DNA of 64,000 nt. Origin: Anthoceros angustus (lineage: Eukaryota; Plantae; Anthocerotophyta). The position numbers were made by a program, and so were the translations under genes. This document shows positions 24,911 through 36,000 of this stretch, one piece after another. The stretch spans positions 1 through 64,000 of the forward strand of contig MU008210.1 in assembly GCA_010909165.1 (NCBI GenBank), written 5' to 3'. Within the stretch, counting starts at the first letter, position 1. Each line of letters opens with the position of its first letter. The notes beneath the pieces are model-generated. The model saw only the letters and a program-made list of their open reading frames with translations, was not told where the DNA came from and made no database searches.

Positions 24911-25729
24911 GTTAGTACTTGCGAAATTGAAGAAAAGTGATGCCTCTCCGCAATTCCTGCGGCTCACCGACTTCTTATCCTTGCAAACGTTTCTCCTCCT
25001 CCTCAGCGATTTGCTCTTGCTCACAGCTCAAAGGTCCTTGCCCTTGCTCTCCTTCCTCAGCCCTTACACCTTGGCGTCTCAAAACCCGATTTTTTCCAGA
25101 AAGCTCAACAAAATTCCCCACGGACTCTTACACCCACATCAATTTAGGAGCCCTTCACGGTTTCCTAGCAATCTTGCCACGCTCCACCCTCCTAGGCACC
25201 CTCACGAGCTTGGCAAGTGTTGGGTTGCGCCCCAACCTTCTTCTCCCTTCTCTTCTTCTCTTTTCCTCCTTCTTCTTCCTCTCTTGGGCGCTGGTGGATT
25301 TCGCCTCCTTGCTGAGCTTGCGCCCTCCTTCTCCTCCTCAACAGTATGCGGCGGTGCTGTATGGGGCCTTGGGCAGCTTGAGGTGTGGCGGCGCCTTCTG
25401 CTGGTAGTCTCTTCAAGTTTCGAGTTGTGGCCTCCTGCTGCACTCCACTTTTATAAGTCACCCAAGGGTTAGAAAAGTAACTACCATTCTATCCTGCCCT
25501 TGGATGTGTGCCACGTGGCCCTTTCCCCACCATTGATGTTAGTTTCCTAATTTACTTATACTAAAATACCAATTTCCCTATTTTCTAATTTCTAATTCTG
25601 AAAATTAGCCTCTAATTTCTTAATTACCTATTTTGGCCTATTTATCTAGTCCACTAAAAGACTCTATATATAGCAAGCCTATCCTGCCTAAAACATAAGC
25701 TACTTTCCTTAGAAACCTATCTCCTACCG

Positions 25730-25950
25730 TGGTAGGACATCCTACCATGGTAGGCGTTTTCCCTTTCTCCTACCACGGTAGGAGTTTCTCCTGGCGGTGG
25801 GATACCTTCCTACCCTCTCCTACCATGGTAGGAGCTATTCCCTGGTAGGTGATCAAAACACTAGCGGTCATCCTCCTACGGTGGTAGGATCTCTCCTACC
25901 CTCGTCTACCATGGTAGGAGTTTCTCCTCTGTGGTAGGACACCTCCTACC
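25730..25950. repeat. Cluster of 14-bp palindromes CCTACC(AT/GT/AC)GGTAGG in B U3 (also ~39540-39770, 49350-49570, 59180-59400, 60360-60590)
   Basis: Read directly; roughly 7-9 units per cluster with short irregular spacers. Confidence 0.9.
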
Positions 25951-26165
25951 ACTCATGTAGGTTACCTTTTCTCTCCTCTCAGGAAGGTCGTTTTGACCCG
26001 TTTCTTTTCCTGCATATCCTCTGCCTTCCGACATGGTCCTACAACTCCGCTCAAAAGGAGCAAAAATTTCCTTGCATGTCTTCACCAAACCATTTCTAGC
26101 AAAGAGTGTGGGCTGTTTCAAAGCAAACTCATTTAAGCTAGTTGCCCAAACTTTTGCGTTCCACA

Positions 26166-26180
26166 TACTCCCCTCCTCAC
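26166..26180 (-). other. Polypurine tract, B1
   Basis: Minus strand GTGAGGAGGGGAGTA directly before the LTR TGTGG. Confidence 0.85.
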
Positions 26181-26199
26181 TGTTTGCGTCCTCGCAACA

Positions 26200-27300
26200 A
26201 TCTCGGTGAAGGTACTTCTTAACCTTCCACCCATTCACTCTAGTTGGCGGCAAATCCCCATCCTGCGTGGTTGCGGATCCATTCTCATACTGCCACCACC
26301 TCATAAGGTCCCATCCATCTCAATCTAAGCTTCCACAGGAAGTCCATATATATCATATAGAAGAACCAAATCCCGGCCATGATAGCTTCTTGCTTCCTCA
26401 ACTTCCCATCATGCCTATCCTTTCTAAGCTCCTGAATTTGAGTTTCTTCTAAAGCATCTTCCCTCGTTCCTCATGCTCTATGAAAGACTCTAGTCTAGCT
26501 AGCTATCTTCTGATCATCGCTCATCCTCCATGATTCTATAGGTAGGTACTTCAAATTCTCACGGCATCACGGAGACATGCCATATGTTAAATAATAAGGG
26601 GTCTTCTTGGTTGTCACCTTCTCTGCATCTGTAAGCCCATAACGAATGTAGCTTAGTGTCCCAATCATACATGTGAGTCAGTTACCTTGGTCAAGATTGT
26701 ACAGCCCATTCGTTTTCTCCGTCAAACCATTCGCTTTGGGATTGTAAGGAGTTGTCTTTCGATGCCGAATGTTGAAGTAGGTGGTGAGAGTCTCGATCAC
26801 CGAGTTGAGGAAATGAGTTCCCATCAGCGACCAACTCAAAGGACATCCATACCTCGTTATAATGTTCTCAAGAGAAACTCTGCGGTCGTCGTCCTTTCTT
26901 GTTGCTTGACCTCCACCATCTTTGTACAATAGTCCGTAGCCACCAAGATATATTGCTTCCTTGTCCATTGTGTGGGTGGCTTGATTGGACCTACAAAATC
27001 TATACCCACTTCTCAAATGGTGCCAAAGGTAGTATGTAGGTGAGAGGCCATTGTGTTGACAAAGTGGGCCTTCCAACCCTCGACACGCATCACACCTCCT
27101 AATAAATTCCACACATCCCTCGCATTGTAGCCCACAGGCTGCATCCAAGACCTTCTTCACGGTGATTTGCGTCGAATAATGACCACCAGCCTCTTACGCA
27201 TGTAAAACACGTGACCAAAAGCAGCTTCTCTAATTTCCGGACATCGCGAATCTTCTCGTGGACCAAGCTTACAAGACCCCATCCGTAGGCAATAAGGGGC
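26200..27300 (-). pseudogene. Integrase (H2C2 zinc finger, rve core, C-terminus)
   Basis: LENIITRYGCPL...GTHFLNSVIETLTTYFNIRHRKTTPYNPKANGLTEKTNG, and the C-terminal PTRVNGWKVKKY. Confidence 0.92.
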
Positions 27301-28059
27301 TGTCTTGTGGAAAAAACAGCTCGCCCTCTAGACAAACCATCGGGCATGATTCCATGCTCTAGAAAATTTACCTCACCATTTAACGATCTTGGGCATGAAC
27401 GCCCCTCACGTTCTAATCTCCTCCTTCCACGCATACCACGTCGCCTCCTGCTAGCTCGCCCACCAGCAGCCCCAGACGGCGTTGTTCCATCCAAATCCAG
27501 TTTCTCCCGCTTTGTCCATCTGCAAGTTTTGAGCTGCGGCCCGTTTGCATCTCCTCCTCCAACAACGTTCGGTTTCCCTTCCTGCTGGTCTAGCCTCGTG
27601 TCCAGGTCCAGCTCGTGCTCCCATGGCGACCTCCTCGCTTTGCATGGCCACCTCATGAGTGATTTCCCATGAATCGCCATTTTCTTCTCCTGCCGTTTTG
27701 CTCAAGCTTCATGGGATGCATCTCCTTCCTCGCCCTCTGGCGCACCTACCTCCCTAGGGCCTTCTCCTTCGGCCCCATGGCGCCCCGACCTCGCCAAGTG
27801 GGGCGCCTTTCTTTAGGCGGCTCCCATGTCCGTTTCTTCTTTCTTTTGCCAACGGCTGGCCTCCACTTGCAGCCTCCTGCTCACCCTTGAGGAGCATTCC
27901 AGCCTCCTCCTCGCGCCCATACTGGCGCCCTTTTATCCTCTCGGTTCCAGTTGTCTGCTGCGGCCTTTCACCTCCCCTTCTTGCTCATTTGACCTCTGCT
28001 GGCAACAAGGCTTGCTGATCAATCCTTAGGCCGTCCACAACATGCTCACGTCCTCCCCT

Positions 28060-28500
28060 TGACCCGGGTGGCAACCAACTCCTCGTCGAAATCGGTCATC
28101 TGGCGGCTTCAAGTCGCTCTCCGGTTTTCGGGGCAGAAATCGACGTTGATCTTGCTTCCACAGCCTAGTTTCTACGTCATAATCAAACTCTTGCAGCGAG
28201 TACCCACGGCAATCCTTCACGACAAATCGGCTTGTTCAAGGTACTTCAGCAAAATGGTCAACATGAAGCGTCACTTTGCAAGCAAGCGGATAGTCTAAAC
28301 TTCTTACGAGGTAAATGATACCAAGACCCTCTCGCTGTGGTTGAGTAGTTCTTCTCATCATTGATCTGCGGCATAGAAAATCGGATGGTCCGTTTCTTCT
28401 CGTCCTTCGGCTTAAGATGGTCCCAATGGCATAAGCGGACACATCCGTATACATGAAGCGGTTTCTCCCAATCGGTGGTGCTCACCGGTGTCCTCCTGAA
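28060..28500 (-). pseudogene. RNase H of pol
   Basis: YTDVSAYAIGTILS...INDEKNYSTT.REGLGIIY...KVTLHVDH...LQEFDYDV. Confidence 0.9.
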
Positions 28501-28619
28501 AAGCCTCTGTCTTGCGGTCCATTCGAAAGGTGTATCCTTCTTGGTCAATTGGGTCGGCTGCCTTCTTAGCAAAATCCTTGATGAACCTCAGTAATATCCT
28601 ACCGGTCCTACAAAGGCAC

Positions 28620-29300
28620 TTTGCCTCACCGTTTGGGGTGCGTCCATCTATAACGCCACCTTCTCCTTATCTACCAATCCTCTCGAAACTCGATGTGCCA
28701 ACAAAATACCTTCCGTCATGCCAAAATAACACTTCCACGGATGAAGCTTCATGTTGGACTCCACGCCGAAAACATTGTCTTAGGTGTCTAGGTGCGACTT
28801 CCTCCGCCAAACGCAAAATCATCCGAAATACCTCCATGAACTTCCGGAAAATCTCGGAAGATAGCATTCACCACCGAAAAGTGGCGGGGCGTTGCACAAG
28901 CGAAGGTAGCTTGGAATAAGCGTAAGTGCCCCAATCGGTTGTGAGCGTAGTCTTGTCTGGTCCTCCTCCTCAGCGAAATCGATTGTAACCCAGTACCCAT
29001 CTAAGCCACATTTCATGGCGATACAGTGTCCACCGCTGTCCATGAAAGGCAAGGTGGTGGTCCTTCTTCGTTGCTTCATTAAGCTTCACGAAATCGACAC
29101 ACCGTACCTTCCCTGTTGCTTCTTAGGTACAATTACAATGGGGCGACCCACTCCTTTGGTAAGCCGGATAAATCACCCGGCTTCCAAGTATTGGTCGGTG
29201 ATCCTTGGCGACCATAGAATACTTGGGATTCAGCTGTGCTTGATCCTTACAGTCTTGCCCTCCTTCAAATCGATTGATGTATCCCCAATTCTTCGAATTC
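28620..29300 (-). pseudogene. Reverse transcriptase
   Basis: EWVAPIVIVPKK...VDFVKLNEATKKDH..LPFMDS...LDGY...AEEEDQT...LCNAP. The YxDD-equivalent region is degraded (ISDDF). Confidence 0.9.
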
Positions 29301-29679
29301 TGTCATGTCGGTAATCTTGAAGGCAAACACATCGACATATTCCCTAAGGACCCTCGAAATTCTTCTTTTCTACCACTCCTAGATGCAGATCTTGACCACC
29401 TTGCGGGTTCTAGCTCCAAGTCCTCTGCGTGCGGATCTACATAAGTCCCTTGTGCTACGCACTATTCACGATCCTTCGTCGGAAATCGCGATCATAGGCT
29501 CTACCCTTCCGAGGCTACTCCTTCTCTATGTGCCTCGTCCTCGGCTCCCTCTCGACACCATCTACTTGTGGCGGTGTACACCAACTCAGTTTTATTCACC
29601 TCAGCGGGGTCCTCGTGCTCGGTCACCAGAAGAGCTCACCCCGTACTACCGAGGTGTACCCGCCAGTTGGCGGACTCCC

Positions 29680-30000
29680 CTTCATAGGTGCCTTGCTCCA
29701 TGACACAAAGCGACCTCGGAGGCCCTACCTACATGACTTAAATGTAATGCCGCAAAATCAAAGACACAAGCGGTACCATACAACCAAGGCACGCCTATCA
29801 AAACCTTGTAGCCTAGATCGACCGGCCTCATGACAATGTAGGTAAGATGGAATGTGAGACCACCAATCACGGTTGGCACATTTCGGCACCCCAAAGGTTT
29901 CCTCCTTGTTTGATCGCCATCCTCAAGAACACTCGGATTGGGTTAAACTTGGTGAAACCAAGGCGATGGCTGTCTCCTCCGTCATCAAGTTGACTCCGAA
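29680..30000 (-). pseudogene. Retropepsin-like aspartic protease
   Basis: QLDDGGDSH (degenerate D-x-G) and the C-terminal VIGGLTFHLTYIVM...YKVLIGVPWL. Confidence 0.7.
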
Positions 30001-30879
30001 CCGAATCTAATGGCACATTAGGCACCAACGCAATCTCAATTTCAATCTCTGGCGCTCCCAAATCAACAAGTTCAACCACATTTACCTCCACGGCCTCCTT
30101 CGTCCCCATGGGTTGAGGATCCCCTAATCGCTTCCTTCACAATTTTGCGGGATCTTGGACTCACATAAACAATTGTCTCAAGTGACCACAAATTCTCGGT
30201 CAAGCAATGCATCGTGGCCGGAGATCTTGTCGGCAATGTTTCCTCCCGTTTGCAGCCACGATGCTGGTCGGCTCCGACCTTATTGGTAAACTCCTCACAC
30301 TCTTGGTCCCTTGTGGGACTCCATGATCATGATTGTCAATTTCGGCTCAGCGCCTCTTCTTCCATCTTCGCATGTTGGGTGAGCCTCCTTAGCTCATCCT
30401 CCAACATTTGCCACTTCCTTCGATGTCGGAAACACCCTTCCTCCCTCTTCCGCTTGTGGGTGGGTCACTCCCTCCCTCCTACCATGGTAGGTTCGCCTCC
30501 TACCACCGTGGCGTTCCTCCTACCATGGTAGGAGCATCTCACGGTGGCGTCTTATGGACCTCTTCATTTCCTCCTCCTCTACCAAATTCCGACCCCAGTC
30601 TGGAGGCCAAGGTGAGTCGTCCCTCACCTTCCTTTTCTTCCGTTCCTCTCGTTCACGCTTTCCGGATTTTGGTCTTTCTCTCGGCTCGGATCTGGTGGTA
30701 ACTTTGGCCACCAACAGCCCTTCTGCACTCATCTCTCCTTCATACCCTTCTTCTACAATCCCAGATACACGCTGGATTCATCAATCAATTCGCTTCCACC
30801 TTCAAAGCCGCGTGGTCACCGTGATTGCGGTTTGAATTGGCGTTCCTTCCGCTGCGAGCTCTGTGAACCTCACAGGCGT

Positions 30880-32150
30880 CGAGGCTACCCTTGCTACTGA
30901 ACACCTTGGGTCACCAACCTTGTGCCCCAACTCCTTGCATACTTGACAAAAGGTACATAACCCATTTGTTTAGGTTACGGGCATTCATTGAATAATGACC
31001 AGGTGTCCCCCTAATATAACAGCACCGGTGGAATTGCCATTGGCCTTTGTGGCTCCGGTCTCCATGGTCCGGTGAGGTAGGCGTGACCCATACCTCACGG
31101 CCGGTCTTGCGGGTTGGTAAGTCGCCCTCATCGGCGGCGGGCGACTTCCGATGTTACACACTTGGTAAGCCTCATCCACGTACCAATAATCACCGGGCAT
31201 GATTCCACGTGATTCCACGGCATGCGGTGCTCGGATACATTCCGGTTGGTGTGTCGGTTTGATGACAAATTGAGCAATACACCAAGCTGTCTTGCGGTGA
31301 GGTGACCTCCGTGGAGCTTGATTTTCACAGCCTTGACCTCCAATTCTGTCAATCTTTTTGTCAAAGCCTCCACTTGCCCTGCAATCCCTCCTCCTGCAGT
31401 GGACGTCTCTCCCTTCTCCATCCGTCGAACCGTCTTCCCTTTCCTCTCCTTCTCCAGCGCACGTTCAGCTTCCTCCTGCCTCTTCTTGACCTTCTCCAAG
31501 TCCTTCCTCATACGTCGTTCATAGGCTTTCTCGGATTCTTCATCCGACGTGGAGCTCTCTTGGGTACCACTCTCCTCACTTGTAGAAGAAGAAGATGGGG
31601 ACGAGCTGGAAGAGGAAGAAGAAGAAGAAGAAGAGCTAGACCTCCTGGACCCCTTCCTCTTCTTATGACTCCTTCTCTTTTTCCTCCTTCTTCCTAGCTT
31701 GATTCCCTCCTCCTAATCGGATTGCTCCGGTAATGTCTTAGTCCCCACGCAATGTACCTCCATCTTTCGAGATAGTCCACTCACAAACCAGTCCAACGCT
31801 TGCTCTTGTGAGTATCACGATGTGGGTGGATTTCCGGGCATCACGGCGCACACTTTCGATCGAGGTAGCCATAGAACCTCTCAACATAATCAAACAAGGA
31901 CTCCCTCTTCTTCCTACGGAGTTCTCAATTTTGCCGGTGTGGTGGCGTGGCGAGACCCGAAATCGATTGAAGGCGCCTTCAAAGAATCCCGGTCTGACTT
32001 GCCCGTAAGTTCATTGTACCAGCTGGGCATGCCCCTCGGCAACCCGGGAAAGATCGCGTCGATCGGCGGCCGTATCCTCCAGTTAGCATGAGAAACATGC
32101 TCAAAGTGCGCCTAAGCGCTCTGCGTCGTCCCTTCCTCTTTTCCCCAAAC
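30880..32150 (-). pseudogene. gag: gag with capsid-like domain and zinc-knuckle remnants
   Basis: FGEKRKG...EHVSHAN...SWYNEL...LDWFVSGL. Knuckles CSICHQTD (~31245-31285) and CQVCKELGHKVGDPRC (~30901-30950). Confidence 0.8.
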
Positions 32151-33048
32151 TTGACATCTGCTGGCTGGGGTTGTGGCAAGCCCCTCCTACACCGATTCCA
32201 CTCGGATCCCTAGTCCGGATGAGCTCGGCGTACTTGCGCCCCCACCTCTTCTGCGGGTAAGTTATCCAACCAAAGTTCTGCGGAAGGGTGTTACGCACAA
32301 AAATTTGGGCCTGCTGTGGGATGGCGTCTCCCTAGGCGTTCGTCCCAAGATGGTGAGCTGGGCGTGATCCTATCAAGGCGCTCCAGATCCTCGAGACCAG
32401 GCTGAATTTCTCTTGCTCACCCTTCCTTCTTCACTTTCATTTCGCTAGAGGTTGAGCTAGACCCATCACTTCGAAGGTCCAGCGTTGAGGAGGCCCGTGC
32501 TGGTAGCTGAACTTGAATCGCGCTCGATGGTGCTTCCCCTCGCTTTCCTCTTCACACCAACTCCTCTTCAACCACCTCCTTCCCACACGGTGATTTCGGC
32601 GTCCCTTCTCCGAGCGTTTTTGAATCACTTGGCTCCCCTTGTAGGCAAGGGCAAAAAGCCTCCTCCTCAAGCGCCCTTAGCTCTTCCTCCTCCCAGGAGC
32701 CGCAACCACCATTGCGTTTTCCTCCCTCCATTGATTTCTTCTTGCAGCTCTTAGATCTCTTGCGATGTGGGGTGACCTCCTATGGTTTCTCCTCTCCCCT
32801 CCCTCGCATGCAAGCATCCTCATAGCCTCCAAAACACGGTTGTTAAAGAAAAATCAGCCAACCGCCATGCGCCATTCTTGCTGCGGGAACACAAAAATCA
32901 CACCATTCGGAGGCGTGGGCTCCTCCTTCACAACGCACGGGTTCCAGGACGTGTAGGCCTCTGCCTAGACCCCGCTCTACCTCCTTACAAGATCCTCTCG
33001 GCTCATCTGCAAGCTAGCGAAAATCTCAAAATTTCAGGTTTGCCACAA

Positions 33049-33062
33049 GTCCCGCAGCGCCA
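33049..33062 (-). other. Primer-binding site, B1 (second copy at ~34800-34812 by duplication)
   Basis: Minus strand CCCACA + TTTT + TGGCGCTGCGGGAC. Confidence 0.8.
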
Positions 33063-33066
33063 AAAA

Positions 33067-36000
33067 TGTGGGAGGCAGATCCGGGGCTCCGAGATGCACC
33101 CTCTAGCGGCCACACTTATCCCCAGTCGTTTCGTCGTTGGGTTTCGTCCCATGAGACTTGGGAGCAGTCGAATCTTGAGAAATCCGTCACTACACTGCAC
33201 TACACTACCTCAGCCTTCTAAACAAGCAAGGCGCCCTCTCACGCTCCCTCTACAGCAGCTCGCCCGCCGTCGCCGTAAACTCACCAAACCTCAACCTACA
33301 ACGACACCACAATTGCAGTTCGTCTTAAGACAAGGTGTCTATCACGGGCGCCAGGGACCCCACGCAACCGTCCCTACTCCTAAGACACTCTTCTCCACGG
33401 GCGCCCTCTTACTTGCAGTTGGGATTCGTCCCTTAGGCTCACAGTGGCCTTGGTTTTCCTACACTCTAATTCCTCACAACTCTCTCAATCAACAACGCCC
33501 TCTTCTTCTCTACTCATCTACCCTTCCTTCCTCCACAATCTCCTACTCTAACACCAATTGCTGGCTCATTAATTCCAACTCGCCCTTACGGCTGGCGGGG
33601 TCCGTCAGGAATTGAGTTCTTCCTTGGGCGGTTGCTATGTGGTTTGCAGACAGCGAGAACCTCCGAGTCTTTCCAGTCTACCCTCAAGCCGAGAGTTCCT
33701 TGAGCATCGCCACACACTCAAAGCAAAACAATTCACACAACCATTCACAAGGGAGGCGGCTGCGGCGCTGCAAAGCAAGCCCTCCACCCGGCCTCCGACC
33801 GCGCGTTCTCCCTCTCTACGGACCTGCGTTGGCTTGCGGACGAAATTCTGCACAAAGTGAAGGACTCGGGAGGATGGGGCGCAAGACACGATAATTTTAC
33901 TTCACAAGCTCCTCCTTTTATAGGGAGGTCCTCACATCTGACCTCCCACAGCGCGCCCTCCAGCCCGCCTCCTTATTTTAGTGTATCCTGTTGCCGAATT
34001 TAAGTTCGACATCCAAGCATCTTGGGTAAAATTCTATTCTAGCAAAATTCACCTATGTGAGCCTTAATGGCTCCTGTCAACATTCCTATCTAGCTAGTCA
34101 ACACACCTCTGGTGACAAGCATTAATGCTGTCCTCCTCTAAAGAAAAGTCTTCCCAAGTGGCATCTTGCCCCATGTCTTCAAGCTAATTTAAGGACTTCT
34201 TATGAATCCCTTCCTTATCTTGATGCCTATCTTGAGTTCCTTCCTCCAATAAAATAGCCGGGCTCTCTTAGCCTTGGCTCATCCTCGACTTCTCCTCTTC
34301 CTCTCACTTGTGGAGCAAGTGAGCTCCTTACTCTGCACCCATGTTGGGAGGTTGGTCTTCTCCTTGTGATTCTTGCTCCATTCAAGATCAACCCCTCTTC
34401 CTTCTTTCCGCAAGGGCCAAGGTACTCGCCTCCCTTGCCGTCAAATCCATGCTAGCGACCTTTGAATCCTGCTTCTTCCGCCCTCCTACCATGGTAGGAC
34501 CTTCTCCTACCACGGTGAGTCCCTCCTACCAGTAGGAACTCCTCCTACCAGTAGGAGTTCCTACAGGTTGTTCTTCTTCCTTACCCCTTCACAGGGTGAT
34601 TCTCTCCACATGCGGCTTCCCCTTCGCTTCTCCACAGTGCGAAGTTTCTTCCACCCTTGCTTGGGACACTCTCCAAGTCTAAGGCTTCCGGTTGGACTTG
34701 CATGAGGGCCTCCCTATCATCGTCATGAGGTCCCAACATCCTCCTCTCAGCTCATCGCAAGCTAGCGAAAATCTCAAAATTTCATTTGTTTAGCCACAAG
34801 TCCCGGGCGCCAAAAATGTGGGAGGCAGATCCGGGGCTCCGAGATGCACCCTCTAGCGGCCACACCCCCACGTTTCGTCGTTGGGTTTCGTCCCATGAGA
34901 CTTGGGAGCGAGATCTTGAGAAATCCGTCACTACTGCGCTACACACTACCTCAGCCTTCTAAACAAGCAAGGCGCCCTCTCACGCTCCTCTCTGGCAGCC
35001 CGCCCGCCCGTAAACTCACCAAACCTCAACCTACACAATTGCAGTTCGTCTTATGAGGTGTATCACGGGCGCCAGGGACCCCACCCACACCGCAACCGTC
35101 CCTACTCCTAAGACACTCTTCTCCACACGAGCGCCCTCTTGCTTGCAGTTGGGATTCGTCCCTTAGGCTCCTGTGGCCTTAGTTTTCCTACACTCTAATT
35201 CCTCACAACTCTCAATCAACAACGCCCTCTTCTTCTCTACTCATCTACCCTTCCTTCCTCCACAATCTCCTACTCTAACACCAATTGCTGGCTCATTAAT
35301 TCCAACTCGCCCTTACGGCTGCTGCACAGGTCCGTCTTGAGTTCTTCCTTGGGCGGTTGCTATGTGGTTTGCAGACAGCGAGAACCTCCGAGTCTTTCCT
35401 GCGGTCTACCCTCAAGCCGAGAGTTCCTTGAGCATCGCCACACACTCAAAGCAAAACAATTCACACAACCATTCACAAGGGAGGCGGCTAGCGGGCGCTG
35501 CAAAGCAAGCCCTCCGCACTCCGTGCGCGTTCTCCTCTCTACGGACCTGCGTTGGCTTGCGGTAGGCATTCTGCACAAAGTGAAGGACTCGGGAGGATGG
35601 GGCGCAAGACGATAATTTTACTTCACAAGCTCCTCCTTTTATAGGGAGGTCCTCACATCTGACCTCCCACTGGCGCCCTCTCACTCCTTATTTTAGTGTA
35701 TCCTGTTGTCGGACTTTAAGTTCGACATCCAAGCATCTTGGGTAAAATTCTATTCTAGCAAAATTCACCTATGTGAGCCTTAATGGCTCTGTCAACATTC
35801 CTATCTAGCTAGTCAACACACTCTCTTTGGGTGACAAGCATTAATGCTGTCCTCCTCTAAAGAAAAGTCTTCCCAAGTGGCATCTTGCCCCATGTCTTCA
35901 AGCTAATTTAAGGACTTCTTATGAATCCCTTCCTTATCTTGATGCCTATCTTGAGTTCCTTCCTCCAATAAAATAGCCGGGCTCTCTTAGCCCGGCTCAT

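Larger units (their letters stand above)
20954..26165 (-). repeat. B1 3' LTR (L1), ~5.2 kb, the only complete LTR without an internal duplication
   Basis: Starts TGTGGAACGCAAAAG after the PPT. TATA at ~21809-21815. Colinear with L2, L3 and L4. Confidence 0.85.

Noticed and set aside
25730-25950. CRISPR array (palindromic repeats)
   Set aside because: Repeats are 14 bp, spacers are only a few bases and irregular, there are no cas genes, and the context is a retrotransposon LTR.
26166-26330. Chromodomain after integrase (chromovirus)
   Set aside because: The IN C-terminal motif is followed within about 12 codons by the PPT and LTR, with no chromodomain residues.
33140-33175. Hammerhead ribozyme (retrozyme-like): stem II + GAAAC resembles the hammerhead core
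   Set aside because: The required upstream CUGANGA is absent in every copy (CTGCTCCCAA in B, CAAACAAGA in A).
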